Notes: generated by a model not told the origin, from the letters alone. Positions 1 to 14,052 are shown, numbered from the whole stretch's first letter. The stretch: 63,200 nt of DNA, filler included, from Hausera hauseri (GCA_046269625.1; 11 parts of 11 records of this genome joined end to end with filler, not necessarily neighbours in it), one strand, 5' to 3'. A program made the numbers and translations.

Positions 1-3000
1 GATAAAACAACAACTCAATCAGCTACATGCTGAAAATACAGCACTACACGCAACAATTAGCAAAATTAACAGAAAATTAAATGAACCTTCCTTGCCCCGC
101 CGCAGGGATTTTGACGCTGATCGCGCCCATTTTGTACCTAGAAACCGGTCACCATCCCCGGTGCTGTCGTCTATCTGCTATTATCACAGCAGATTCTATA
201 AAAGTGTCAAAAGTTCTGCATAGAGTGCGAATTTTACAATAAAAGTTTTTTCGGACAGCGTTGTTTGCATTTACGACGCAAAGTTTAAAAATCAAGCTCG
301 TAAATGCATTCCAGGCTGCACTTTCAAAACAGATAAGAACGACAGACGTGCTACCTTTTGTTCTAATAGTCGTCCTAGTTCACCTATTCAAAAAAACTAA
401 ATTTGCCGCCATAAGTCACGGCAAACTCTGGCAAAGGCACTATTTCACCTTCTGAATGCCGACTCGCCTCTTTTGCTGTCTTTCCTCTAAAGGCTGCAGA
501 AACCGCTGCTACAACGCAATGCGTTAATTTCCTCATTGATACAGGTGCAGCCATTTCCTTATTGCCAAAAACTTTTCCTGTATAGAATTCACCATTCATA
601 ATTAAGTCTTTATACACCGTTTCAGGTCAACCGTTGCACATTTCCGGCATGGCTAAACTATCTTTTATCTTATCAAAATTTTCGTCACCTTTCCACTGGA
701 CGTTCACAGTTGCTAATATCCATATGGCAATTCTAGGTTCTGATATTTTATCACATTATAATTTATTGTTTGACTGCAGTCAACGATGTCTGAGGAGTGG
801 CACCACTGGAAGCGTTAGAAAGCACATAAATAGCATCTCGACTACCGCGCAGTCGATCGAGACGCAGAAATCAATTTTGGGGAAACCAAAACTAATTCAA
901 ATTTCCGTAACAATATTTCATTTCGTAAATTTTTAAATACTAATATTGATATTCACTCGAGGTTTGATGTCGCCAATTGTGGTACCGTCACCAACGTTAA
1001 TTCACTCGACTAAATCACTTTATCCAACACCATTTTTAATTCGACCATCTTGCACCAAATACCAGTTAACTTTATATCAGCAAACAATTCACAAATTGCA
1101 TCCGCTACTACTCAAGCTGTTTCACCATCATCACCAAATCTCTCAGTTGCCTACAACTTTGCAGCAATTCCTCAACACATCTTGTCCAGGCGTACTTAAA
1201 AAAGGTCGTACGTTTACTCCTGCAAACAGTACTTTATACCACATAGTTACACAGCATCAACGACCAATACCTCGTCGTAGGCAGGCCGTAGAAGCCAAAT
1301 TTCTTGAACTAGAGCACTTCGGAATTGTACGCCGTTTCAAATCTCCTTGGTCGTCACCTTTTCATATTGTACAGAAAAGGACGGAAATTTCAAACCATGC
1401 GGTGATTACCGACAGTTAAACAACTTGACTATTATGGATGCATACTCCTTGCCACTCATCAAAGATATCTTGCATCGCCTTAATTCAACTAAAATCTATT
1501 TGACCATCGATTTGGCCAAGCATATCACCAAATACCGGTGGTACCCGATGACATAGAAAAGACTGCTCTCACTACTCTTTTTGGTCTGTACGAGTACCTG
1601 TTTATGCCATTCGGTTTGCGAAATGCCGCACAAACTTTTCAGCGACGTATTGATTCAATTCTCTCATATTTCCCGTTTGCGCACCTTTACATTGATGATA
1701 TTCTAGTCGTTTCATCTTATGCTAAACAACACGAGGAACACCTCTGCGCAATATTCCAACAATTACTTTACCATAATCTCCAAGTCAATTTCGACTAATG
1801 TCATTTCAAAAAGTGTATCAACTTTCTGGGCCACGTTATTACACCAGACGGTCACTCTTCCCAACCAGGCCGAGTTGAAGCCCTTAAGAATATCCAGCTA
1901 CCACGTACGACCACTGAAATGCGCAGCTTCCTTGGCACGCTACACTTTGTACATAAACATGTACCATATTGTTCTGAACTGACAGCATCATTTGCACACT
2001 TAAGTGAAGGCAAAAAACATGAGCCAAATTAGTGGACACCTGCATTGGTTGATAAGTTTGATAAGCTACGCGAAGGAATTAAGACTGTCGACATTTTTTC
2101 TTTCTCCAAGCCTGACGCAGAACTTATCCTTAGCACAGAGGCTTCAACCACTGCGGTAGGTTCTGTACTTCACCAAATTCACAAAGGAGAAAATCAACCT
2201 CTAGAATTTTTTTCTCGTAAGTTAGCATCCACTGAAACTAGATATTCAACGTTCGATCGAGAATTATTGGCCATCGTTCTCGCTTTAAAGCATTTCTCCC
2301 ACCTTGTCGCTCGCCACTTTACCTTACAGACCGATCACAAACTTTTACTTAACATCATGGCTATGAAACATCCTTCCACATGCCAAGAACGACAGATATT
2401 ATATTTGTCGACATTTAACTTAGACGTATGACATATCAATGGGGTTAATCATTTGGTTGCCGATTTTTTATCTAGGTCGGTTAGTTCGATTAATTTTTCA
2501 CCAATCGTTACTCAAGCACAACTTCAACAGAACCAGCCACCTCAGGACATGGTTAATTCTTTTAAGTCTTGCACAATTGTTGAAGGCGTGGCTTTAGACA
2601 CTTCCAAACCAGGTCATTCGGTAATAATCCTTGCACCACCTTTGCAAAGACAAGCATTTAATAATGTACATTCGCTACACCACCCTGGTGCTAAAGCTAC
2701 TTTTCATTTATTTCACCGACAAGTCGTTTGGCCGTCAATGCGCTCCAATGTGCAGGCATGGGTTAAGGAGTGTGTGGCTTGCCAAAAATACAAAACAATT
2801 AAGCATTTAAAGCCACCACTATTCCACTTTCCTTGCACATGGCGTTTTGAATCCGTGCATATCGACATCGTCGGCCCTCTTCCTTCAGACAACGGTCATC
2901 AATTCATTCATACAATAATGTATGGTTTCTAGCGATGGCCAGAAGCCATCTCTCTGCGGAGCACAAATACCGACACCATAGCTGACGTTTTCATTCGTAC

Positions 3001-4133
3001 GTGGATTAGCAGGTTTGGATCACCTCGTTTCATTATCACGGACCAGGGTCCACAGTCTGAATCCAACCTATTCAAATTCGTTGTTAACCGATTGGGGATC
3101 CATCATATACATACTACCCCTTACCATCCCCAGTCGAATGGCTTTCTAGAGCGTTTCCACCGAACATTGAAAACGTCACTAAGAATGCTTGCAGAATCCA
3201 ACACTAGTTGGTCGATTTTTCCGTTTGTTCTGCTTGGCTGGCGGAACACTCCGTCTACGGGATACTCACCTACTGAAGCCTTATTCGGAGCTCCTGTATG
3301 AGCATTATTCGAACTAACTGCCCTAGACGACACTTTTACAGATGAAACGATACGGGCAGCGCAAAGATTCGCAGAACAATCCGCAAAGATTCGTTCTGCA
3401 GGCTACTTCACAAAGACAAAACATATCTACCCGAAGACTTGTATTCTGCAGTATTCGTATGGCTAAAAAATAAAACGCCGTACGGTTTCCAGCCGCGGTA
3501 TCTGGGGCTCTATAAATTGGTAGAGCTGAATTCGCACAGCGCTATTATTTTTAAAGACGAAAGAGACCTTACAGTGCATATTACCAACTAAAAGCCCGCC
3601 TTTTTGTCGATGACACTTCACCAATCGACAGGTCGACCTCTTTTCTCACTCCTACACTTCCTGCTGTTCCTATATTTGTTGCTATAGCTTCATCATTTTC
3701 TACACCTTCTACTTCTATTTCTATCTCTACCAATACCTCTGTTTCATTTTCTACTTCTACTCCTTCGCCTAATATAATTCTAATTCCTACTCCAATTTCC
3801 GTCTCTCCTTCTTCATTCTCCACTACGCCTTTTGCCAATCCCTTGTCTTCGAAAATTCTCTTGAACACCTTCAACTATCCAACTTCAACAATCTCTCTTT
3901 CTCCTTTACTTTTTTCTTCTCCACTTTCTGATTCGTTTTTGCATGACACAACACCCACAACAATATCTGACAATTTTTTTCTCCAACTTCAAACTCTGCA
4001 AGCAAACATATTGCATACAGACAAAACACGCAGAGTCACATTTAGCATGTATAGCAAGGAAAAATCAGTAAAATGCACCCAGCGTCTTGTTTACACTAAG
4101 ACCAATTGATACAGACATTTTTCCGTTTGGCGC
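1..4133 (+). mobile_element. Degraded Ty3/Gypsy LTR retrotransposon, CsRn1/Boudicca-like (Gag end, PR, RT, RNase H, integrase, S/T/P-rich tail)
   Basis: Gag knuckles ~176-330. Protease FLIDTGAAISLL ~529-565. RT (PCGDYRQLN, MPFGLRNAAQTFQ, YIDD) ~1330-1960. RNase H (RYSTFDRELLA) 2045-2431. Integrase (HSLHHPG..CVACQ, HIDIVGP, YHPQSNG) 2453-3600. Many stops and frameshifts. Confidence 0.95.
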
Positions 4134-4182
4134 TTGTGAGGATATAATTGATAACAGAAGTTCTGAATTTAAATCAGATACA

Positions 4183-4282
4183 NNNNNNNNNNNNNNNNNN
4201 NNNNNNNNNNNNNNNNNNNNNNNNNNTTAATTAATTAANNNNNNNNNNNNNNNNNNNNNNNNNNNNNNNNNNNNNNNNNNNN
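4183..4282. other. Artificial contig spacer N44-TTAATTAATTAA-N44 (first of 10)
   Basis: Identical 100-bp spacers also at 8618-8717, 19007-19106, 23592-23691, 28984-29083, 33273-33372, 37886-37985, 45552-45651, 49951-50050 and 55539-55638. The 12-mer gives stops in all six frames. Confidence 0.99.
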
Positions 4283-5809
4283 ACATATTAGTAAAGTAGC
4301 TGATTACCAGACGAATACATTGTACTTTTGATAAGATTAGGAGTTATGAAAGGAGTTTGGGTTTCACAACCCTAAACTTATGCTTTACTTATTCTAATGA
4401 TAGTCTAGGGTTTCTCCCTCCCACTAGACTTAAAATTATTATGTAGTCTTTAGAGCAGCCTGTGGAGTCTGCTTGATTTATTTGCCCTTATGGTGGGTTC
4501 GGTCGCAGGAAGGACACTGGCCGAACTATTATTTATTGAGATGATTTTAACTTACCCGACAATTACAGGTCAGGTACAAAAAGGGGAGTCAAAATTTATG
4601 ATATAATTATTTTACGATAAACTTTATTTACACTAAAACTCAATTAAAGAAGTAAAATTCTCATAAACTTTTAATATTCGCTAAATAGAATAAATATGCA
4701 AATAAAGACGAATAAAAATTCTATACAATAACTGCTAAAACTAAATATAAAAGTTAACAAAAACCTTAATAGACGTATAACATAAACTTACAAGAGTCAC
4801 AAAGCATCGTCATAAATAACAGTCTTTCGTTTCTTATTATTCTGTGTGAAGAGTGTACCAGTATTTATAGTTCAGTGGTTGAATAACAAAAATTAGAAAA
4901 AATTCCAAAAAGATTATACAAATTCCAGTAGAATGAAATTACAATTAAATTTATAAACAATGGTCTAGATGTGCGTATCAAAATAACAAATGTTAATCAC
5001 CATCTAAGTGTACAGTTGAAAATAACGAGTTCATAATGACGATCATAATTAATTCAAAGTCATCACAATGACGATTAATTCAAAGTTTTGTCGACATCAA
5101 CAAGATTATGTTCAGATAATTTGGTTATTAATAAATTGTTGTACCTTTATGTAGTTTTGCGTAAATATGCGTTATTAATCTCTACTCTTTTATTAGAAAT
5201 ATTAATAAATAAACTATCACTTCTACAAAATCTAACCATTCACAATATCCTTTATTCTAAGGGGTGTATCATAGACCACGCTTGTGCTGCTGCGGATATA
5301 GGTGCAACCTCAATTTTCTGCATATTTGGCAAAGTAGAAGATTCAACCACTTCAGATACATCAACAATCAACCTCGATGTTTTTTCAGATAGCTCAGTCT
5401 CAGTCTCAATCGCCAGCGGTTCACACAGTTCTTCACAAACTGATTTGGTAACTTCCCTCAAATCTTTATTACATTCTCAATTAGCTAGTCGTAGTCAGTC
5501 GTTAGTTAACCTTATGCCATCGTCTCATGACGATTATATTTTGCCACTGAGTATAGAATTCCTCTATCAAACTTTAGAAAGGAAACATCGACATCAATTC
5601 TAAATATCTTCCGTTTTCAATGCATACTAATTCGTAACATCACTCTACGACAAAATGAATCTAACAGAATACCATTGTCCAGTAAAATAAAAAAATAATT
5701 CATTTGATGATATGATTATTCTTAGACCTATTCAAATGTATTTTCATTTTGCGCAATCTTAACGTTGTACAAAAATAATTTCAGTTCATATAACATTAGA
5801 AATATTTCC

Positions 5810-6290
5810 TATAATGTTAAATGTCAGTTTAAATAACATTTCAATGAAATTGGAATTAGATACAAGTGCCAGATTATCTTTATGGGATTACTACGTGAGC
5901 TTTCCGCAATTATTGTCGATGGAAATTACATTCCTCTGTTCGGATAAATGCGTTTAAAATGGTAAGCGTTAATTATTAGGAAGCTAAATTCCACTTTCAG
6001 AAGAAAATTAAGAAATTGCTAAGAATTCGACGATTTATTTACATCTGATTTAGGAAAATTAAAGAATCTTCAAGCTCAAGAAAGATATGCCAACCGTGAT
6101 TCATAAATCAAGGCCAATGCCATTTACACTAAAGAAGGATGTTGAAGATGATATCAACAGATTAAATAATTTAGACGTTCTAGAACCAGTTGAAACAGCA
6201 CAATACGGGCAACAACCATTGTTGTGGTAAGAAAATCGAATAACAAAGTTCGAGTTTGGGATGATTTCAAGGTTATTTTAAATCCATATA
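5810..6290 (+). mobile_element. Mag-clade (K02A2.6-like) Gypsy protease/RT N-terminal relic
   Basis: Hand translation gives MKLELDTSARLSL (degenerate DTGA), then RPMPFTLKKDVEDDINRL..VLEPV..TIVVVRKSNNKVRVWDDFKVILNPY. Frameshifted. Confidence 0.8.
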
Positions 6291-7394
6291 GTTCACTCTC
6301 ATTATAACTCCACCCTTGCCTTCCGCTGGTGTTTTGTCCTGTCCCAATCGATATACAATTGGTTTTCTTGGTATAAAGCCATTCCCTCGCTGTTCTTACG
6401 CCGCTGATTTTCGTGTACATGTTATAACGCAGCTGTAGCATCATGTTGTATAAGGGTACCAGTATAAAAGCCTTCATCTGATTCTACATGGGCCAGCGTA
6501 TATTTTAGCAGTTTGTATTACGTCAACCACAGCCAATGGGACTGTCGGTTTCATAACTATCCGGTATTAGATATCTATCAATTATCGAGTGTAGATCCAT
6601 GAACGACCGAAATTGTTGACTGATTTGAATCAGACGATCTGTTAGATCTGGTTTCAGTAGAAATTCTTGCGTATGATCAGGGAAATATTCATCCATAAAT
6701 TGCAATCGTTTGCTCCTGTCCAAAAATTTAGTTCTGTTCGACACGTAACGTTCGATATTTGACACTGAGGTTTTGTCAAAAATTTGAAAATCTTTCAGAG
6801 ATTTAAAATCAGAAACGAAGGCATTCGAATAATTTTAGAAAACCTAATTGATTGTACAAATGCTCATAAAATTCATTGTCTGTGGTTATTGCCATATCGA
6901 AAAATATAAACACTGAAACCGTTTATTCAAAAGTTTTTACAAAATCCGAAATTGCATAATGATGAAATATTCAGAATGAAATAGTTCAGCAATATTGAGA
7001 ATGAAACAGTGTATTGATTATTAAAACAACTGTTCAAAATAAATTATTTACAAAAATGTTTCATTTTTTATGTGGGCTAAAACGATCATCATAGGGACTG
7101 TTTTAAAGGAGGTATGAATGCAGCCAGCATATCAAGTAGAGAGCTGAGTGGAGTATATCCGTCTATACGCTATACAGAATTTGCATCTCCATTTTTAATA
7201 GCCTTATTGTTGTATTGTGAGTTCCCAGAAGATTGTCAATTACCCTTGAGAAGAAGAAAAGTGTATGCGCGTTGTAAAATATTATCTTACGATGTCTAAG
7301 AATGAAATTGGAGAGATATTCTCACTTCCACGAAAAACTGTCCGAAATATTCTTAGTCAGGCTTAGAAGTAGGATAATTCTACTATTGGTTTGT

Positions 7395-8617
7395 CCAAGC
7401 AGCAGATTTGGAAAATTTAATGACTTGAAAGACGCTCTGTTTATCTGGTTCAACCAGAAGCGTGCCAGCAATACCATTATTACTGATGACCTGCTAAAAG
7501 AGAAAGCGGAGAAACTTGGCTAGCTGTTGAACGTTTCGGAGAACTTCATGTACAGTAGTTGGTGACTGCAGCGATTTAAGGCAAAATTTTATATTTCACA
7601 GCGACGGTTCTGTGGGGAAGGTGTGTCGATTTCTCCAGTCATCATTGAGGAGCACAATACTCATTTTAACAGTACGCTAGCGAATTCCGGCTATGACCCT
7701 GACGATATCTACAAGGCGGACAAAACATGGTTGTTTTTCAGCTTTTTCCAAACCGGATGGTGACCCGCAAGGATGAAAGCTGTCGTGGTGTCAAAAAGAT
7801 GAAGCAATGAGTCACTATTCTACTATGCTGAAACTCCACCGGAACGGACAAGCGACGATTGCCGATTATTGAAAAATGAGCAAAACCGTGATGCTTCGGA
7901 GCTTCAACCCACAATTCTACTGCACTTACACAGCAAACAGCAAAGTGTGGATGACCTGTAACATCTTCCAAGAATGGCTGCTGCAGTTCATCAAACAGCT
8001 TGTTTCTGAAGGACGTCGTATCCTTCTACTGTTGGTTAACGCCACATCTCATCGCGTCCCTAATGATGGTCTAAACAGTATACACTTCATCTCACCAAAT
8101 ATGACTGCCAGTCTGCAACCATTGGACAGTGGCTTCATAAACAGTTTCAAGGCTCAATATCGCAAGCTTCAACTCCAGAGAATGGTGGAATTGGCCGATG
8201 CTCATCTGCCCACCGAACTACGCCTGGACTAAGTGGTGCACTATTGTCAAATGGCCTGGGATTCTGTGAGCATCGACACCATTAGGAACTGTTGGAATCA
8301 CACGGATATTCGCCTCACTTTTCCTATTGCAGTTGAACCCATGCATTATAGAATTTTGTACGATAGCATTCGTGATATCTTGGCCATTGCACCTAAGAGT
8401 CCCATGATCGAAGACGAGTTTCAACATGTTGATGGTGTGCAGGGGCCAGAGATGGAGCTTACTGATGACACCTTGCTGGTATCTATTGCTACAGTGGAAG
8501 AAGAACCGGAAGAAGATGATGTTACAGTTACTCCGCGACTGCCATCTTTACAGGAAGGCAGAACGGCTGCTGAGGCGGTCTCACTGTTTCCAGGGCATTC
8601 ACAGAATGCAACGTCAC
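7395..8617 (+). mobile_element. Tigger/pogo (CENP-B-type HTH + DDE_1) transposase pseudogene
   Basis: LKDALFIWFNQKRA..ITDDLLKEKA (HTH_Tnp_Tc5), IYKADKT, NSKVWMT..FQEWL, LLLVNATSH, PNMTASLQPLDSGFINSFKAQYR, TIRNCWNH. Several stops; runs into the gap. Confidence 0.92.
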
Positions 8618-10788
8618 NNNNNNNNNNNNNNNNNNNNNNNNNNNNNNNNNNNNNNNNNNNNTTAATTAATTAANNNNNNNNNNNNNNNNNNNNNNNNNNN
8701 NNNNNNNNNNNNNNNNNAAAGCGTAAAAAAGAAAGAGAAAAAACCGCAAAACGAAAAAGTGTTTGTGTTAGCTGGCCTTAATGTGGACAAAACGTTGGGT
8801 GCCTTCTACTTATTTTTCTCGGCTATATTTGCTGAATGTGACTCTGCGTGTTTTGTTTTTATGCCGTGTGCGTGCTTGCAGAGTTTGAAGTTGGGGAAAA
8901 AATTATCGAATTTTGTTGTTAGTGTTGTATCGTGCAAAGATGAATCAGAATAAAGAGAAGGAGAAAGTGAAGGATGAAGAGAGATTGTTGAAAACGGATG
9001 GTTAAATGTATTCAAGAAAGTATTAGAAGATGGAGGGATGGTAACATGTGTAGTGACGGATAGAGGAAGAGAAAGAAAAGTTGGAGTAGAAGTTGGAAGT
9101 GAATTATGCGAGAGAGTGGAAGTAGAAGATGAAACAGAAGTTGTAGTAGAGAGAAGAAAAGAAATAGGGAAAGAGGTAGAGAGAGGAGGAAGTTGAGAAG
9201 CGGAAATGAGAGGAGTAAAAGATGATGTGTGCGGAGAAATGGGGAGAAAGTGCCGAAGATGAGGAAGATATGGAAATAGATGGACAGAGAGAAAGAAAAG
9301 ACGGCGAAGAGGTACAAGGCGAAAGAGAGCGCGAAGATAAAGAAGGCGGAGGAAAATAGTTGGCGAGTGGTGTGCAAAAGGTTGGAATGATGAAAGATGT
9401 GGATGGAGAGATTGGTGAAGTCGAAATGGTGTTTGATAGAGAAAGTGCTGTAAAAGGAGAAAGCAGATTGCTGTGAGGGGATGAAGGAGCTGGTGAAAGG
9501 CTTGAAGGTGCAAAATCGGATGGGGAGAAATGGACTGAATTGTGAGAAGAAATTAAAGTGGAAATTTTGGGAGAAAACATAGGCAAAAGTGGATTAAGAA
9601 ATTGAGCAGAGATGAAAGTTGAATTATTAAATTGCTGCGCGTCGTGTAAAGATGTTGTTGGAGAAGTGACTTCTATGGGAAACGTATCGTCGATGAGGAA
9701 GGCCGGCTTAGCGTTGTTGATGTAAACTGCTACTTCTTTGTCGTCTTTAAGAATGATGATGTTGTGGGAGTGTAAGCGAACTTCTTTGTACGGTCCGACA
9801 TACTGAGATTGAAAGCCACACGGCGTCTGATTTTTTAACCAAACTTGGCAGTTTATAAATCGTCGCGTATGTAGGGTTTATTTGCGTGTAACAATCTGCA
9901 AAATAAGTCTTTGCTGATCTCAACGAAGTGTGTCTGTGCCGCTTTTATGGTTTCGTCTGTAGGAGTATTGTCCAGCTCAGTCAGCTCGAATAATAATCTG
10001 ATCGAAGTGCCAAATAATGCTTCTGCCGGTGAATAGCCTGTAGAAGTAGATGGTGTGTTCCACCGGCCAAGCAGAACGTACGGAAGGAGTGTAGTCCAAC
10101 TGCGATTGGACTCAGCAAGGATTTTAAGAGACGTTTTCATTGTTCGGTAAAAGCCTTCGAGAAGGCCATTCGATTGGGGATGATATGGTGACATGTGAAA
10201 TCGGTTAATTCCCAATCGATTGACAAGAGCTTTAAACAAGTTGGATTCGAACTGTGGACATTGGTCCGAAATGATGTGGCGAGGTGATCCAAATCTGCTG
10301 ATCCAAGTGCGGAGGAAAACGTCTGCAATGGTTTCTGTGTCGGTGCTCCGAAGCAGGACAGCCTCTGGCCATCACGAGGAATGGTCCATCATTGTGAGGA
10401 TGAACTAATAGCCGTTGTCTAAGGGTAGTGGGCTTACAAGATTAATATGAACGAATTCAAAACAAGACGTGCAGGGAAATTTTTGGAATGCCACACACTG
10501 CCTAACCCATGCCTGCACGTCAGAGCGTATTGACGGCCATACTACTTGGTGTTGTAAGAGTCGAAAAGTGGCTTTGGCACAGGGATGGTGCAATGAATGA
10601 ATGTAGTTGAATGCTTCTTTTTGAAGCGATTCAGATAGAATGATTTTTGGATTATTAGGTTTGGAGGTGTTAAAGGTCACACCGTCGATGGTTTTGCAAG
10701 ATTTAAAAGATTTAAGGATGTCAGGAGGTGGCTGGCTTTGCTAAAGTTTGGATTAAGGAAAAATTGGTGTAAAATCAATCGAGCTGAC

Positions 10789-11736
10789 CTATCGGGACAA
10801 AAAGTCAGCTACTAAATTGCCGACTCTGTTTAAGTGCTTAATTTCAAAATTAAATGTGGACAAATACGATATTTGCCTCTCCTGACGTGGAGAAGGTGAT
10901 TTTATGGTAAGAATTTGAAGCAAGTGCTTGTGATCCGTTTGTATTGTGAAAGTTCGTGCGATTAGCAGATGCTTAAAGTGTTTTACGACAAGGACCATTG
11001 CAAGCAACTCTCGGTCAAACGTGGAATATCTTTGCTCTTGTGCTGTAAATTTTCGAGAAAAGAATTCCAATGGCTCATAGGATCCATTTTTGACTTTATG
11101 AAGGACAGCACCTGCAGCTGTTGCGGATGCGTCGGTGGTTAAGAAAAGTTTTGCATGGAAGTCTGGATAGGCCAGGATTTCCACAGATTTTAAGTTGTCT
11201 TTGACGCGATTGAAAACATTGACTAAATTGGCGGTCCATTGAATATGCTGTTTCTTCTTGCCAGAGCTTAGTGATGCAAATGGAGCGGTTAGAGTAGAAC
11301 AGTGTGAAACACATTTATGAATAAAGTGCAAGGTTCCGAGGAAAGAACGTATCTCTGTTAATGTACGTGGTAGTTGTATGTTTTTGAGCTGCGTGATACG
11401 CTCTGGCTGAGGTGAATGCCCAGAGGAGCTAATAACATGTCCCAGAAAATTCACCTTATGTTGAAAAAAAGAGCATTCGGCGAAATTAATTTGCAAATTG
11501 TTTTGGTGCAAACGCTGGGAGATTAAACGTAAGTGTTCAGAGTGTTGTTTGGGAGAAGATGATGCAATTATGATATAATCAATGTGGGGATATGCGAAGT
11601 CTAAGCCTAATAGGACTGTATCGATATGCCTATAGAAGGTCTGGGACGCGCTACGGAGTCCAAAAGGCATGAACAAGAACTCAAAAAGGCCGAAAGATGT
11701 AATTACAGTTGTTTTCGGAATGTCTGCTGGGGCCAC
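10789..11736 (-). pseudogene. pol: Reverse transcriptase-RNase H portion of pol
   Basis: MPFGLRSASQTF, degenerate YxDD (HIDY), TTDAS, RYSTFDRELLA, NLVADFLSR. Confidence 0.92.
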
Positions 11737-12754
11737 CGGAATTTGGTGGTATGCTTTGTGTAGATTAAATCAGGAAAAGATGGTCGCACCATGGAGCCTG
11801 TAAAGGATATCGTTGATTAATGGTAAAAGGTAGGCATCTATTGTTGTTATGGTGTTAAGTTGGCGGTAATCATCGCAGGAGCGAAAGGTGCCATATTTTT
11901 TGGAACCACGTGCAGTGGTGAAGACCAGGGGGATTTGGATCATCTGATTATGCCTGATTTTTCAAAGTCGAGAAACTCAGCCTCCACTGCCTGTCTGGGT
12001 CGATGCAATAGCGGGCGGAACTTTTGCCGGATTGGTGGTTGATGTGCAGTTACTATGTAATGGAAGGTGGATTTAGGTGGTACGAATGATTTGTCCTTTT
12101 GCAACAAACGCGTGCAGGAAGACGAAATGTATTGTTGTAGATCAGAAAGCAACGATAAGAAGTTATCCGATGGTACCTATGCATCGTGACTGGATGCAGT
12201 TGAGGTATGAGTTATAGACGAGGTGTTGTGACTGGGTGGTATTTGGTACAGGATGTTCATGTTGAAGATGGTGTTGGCAGCTGTGCTATTAGTAATATGT
12301 GCCACGCAGTTGGCAATATCTCATATGTCATCGTAGTAAAAGTTTCTGTATAATGAGTGATTATAAAAATAATTAATATCGAAAGTGGTTTGCTTCAGTA
12401 TTGAATTATTGGACACGATATATATAGGTGTGCGTACATTGTCTACTGTAAATTTCTATGTAAATGTGTTTGGGAGGTGTGGAAGAGTGAATGTTAATTT
12501 GGTAATTCCAAAAATTTGTAAAAGTTCACCGGACGCAGCGAACAGTTGCTTTTGTGACGTGTAATTGTGTTGAATGTGTGGAGTTGGTGACAGTAGAGAG
12601 ATTGCTGCGCCGCTGTCTATAAGAAAGTTCATTTTTTGTTTTGTTGTAGTGATGACTGCTGTTTCCAACGTGAGAACGGCAAAGGAAATGTGTCGGCTAT
12701 GTTTTTGCTCTTTGTTGCCTTTGCTAGGACTAGCCGTGTGTCCTAGCGGCAAAA

Positions 12755-13977
12755 TTAGTTTTTTGGAGCTGGTGAGTTTGGCCTACTGTTTTGTGTGAGC
12801 TTATTAGTGTTGGCCTTATTGTGTGTGCTGTAGGTACAGCCAGGTAGACATTTTTGTGCTTTTGTGCCAAATTGTGAGTTGTAGAGGCAAACAATGTTGA
12901 TTGTATTAAAACCAGGGGAATAAAATTTACAACCGATGCAGCATTTCTGAGCATTGTTGCCAAATTTGCTATGATAATAGCAAATAAATGACCGTGCGGA
13001 CGAAGGCGACTGTCTTTTACGTTGCTTGAATAAATTGGGGAAATCAGGCTTAAAAAAACCCCATCCAGGTAGTGTTAATGCGTTTAGTTTGTTGTTAATG
13101 TTGTTGATTGTTTTTTGCAATGTTTAATTTTCTGTGCGTAATTGCGCAATTTATTGCTGCAGCATTGCATTTTGTTGTGTTGATCTGTTGTCAATGCAGC
13201 AGAAATAGTTGGTGCTGCATGTGAATGCAGTACTTCGTATGCCTTGTCTGCCGGTTTGGCTAGCTTGTCAAGAGCCATGGATTCTTCAACCACAGTTAGC
13301 AAAGCTCTTATTTGAAGGGGCAATGCGTTTAGTAAATAGCGACGAAGAAGCAAGGGACTGTGTTCAGAGGTTACGCCAAGGGTGTTGAGGTGAGACAAAA
13401 ATGTGCGTAGGAATTCAGAACGCTTCTGAAAGCCCATGGAGTTGTCGTTAAAGAATCTTTGAATGGTTGAATCGATTGAAGGCTCAGTATGCTTGAGAAA
13501 GGTATTATAGAGTTGGGTATATGGGACAGCGTGTTGAAGGATATCGATTATATTGGCTATTAAAGTTTTGATGGAAGCTGGTAAGTGGAAAAAGAGGCTG
13601 TTGGCTTTGGCTAAATAGTCGACGACGTTTTGCGATTGAAGCCAAAATTGGTGCAGTTTTAACCACGTTTGAGTAGAGTTTTGGCTATCGAAAAAGCATT
13701 CGGTGCAGGGTGAATAATTGAGGAGCGTATGTTGTGTAGGGATGTTGGAAGCGCTGTGTTTGGTTAAGTGAATGATGGGGATTTTTTGTTTAATGAGTTT
13801 GCCCGTGGTGTGAATAGTGGGTGAAAAATCCATGCCACCACGGATACGGAAATGAATATGGATATGGATGTGGGTTGAGGAAAATTTTAGAGTTCGAGCG
13901 AAGGGTACTAAATATCTGTTGTGTAAAGTAAAAATCAGAGGAGTGAAGAGAAGTGAAGATAATTTCATGGATGGCAA
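12755..13977 (-). pseudogene. gag: Gag with tandem CHCC zinc knuckles (frameshifted)
   Basis: ORFs 13084-13977 and 12755-13120: ICYYHSKFGNNAQKCCIGC and VCLYNSQFGTKAQKCLPGC. Confidence 0.88.
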
Positions 13978-14052
13978 CTGTGTTTAAATGTGTTGCTGTA
14001 TGTGTGTTAATGTGTTTGATATTGAGATAAAAGAAAAAGAAATAAGAGGTAG

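Larger units (their letters stand above)
8718..14052 (-). mobile_element. Near full-length degraded CsRn1-like Gypsy internal region
   Basis: Gag 13977-12755 (two knuckles), PR FLIDSGAAISLL ~12630, RT-RNase H 12040-10789, integrase 10680-9690, S/T/P-rich tail 9690-8800. 3' end runs into the gap. Confidence 0.96.

Noticed and set aside
4227-4238. TTAA repeats as piggyBac target sites
   Set aside because: Part of the synthetic spacer.
4283-5700. Possible LTR (minus-strand TATA ~4865) and Ser-rich ORF 5088-5603
   Set aside because: No definable termini or recognisable domain.
8806-9586. env or membrane-protein ORFs after integrase
   Set aside because: Hydrophobic translations arise from pyrimidine-rich low complexity in several frames. 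No signal peptide or fusion-protein motifs.
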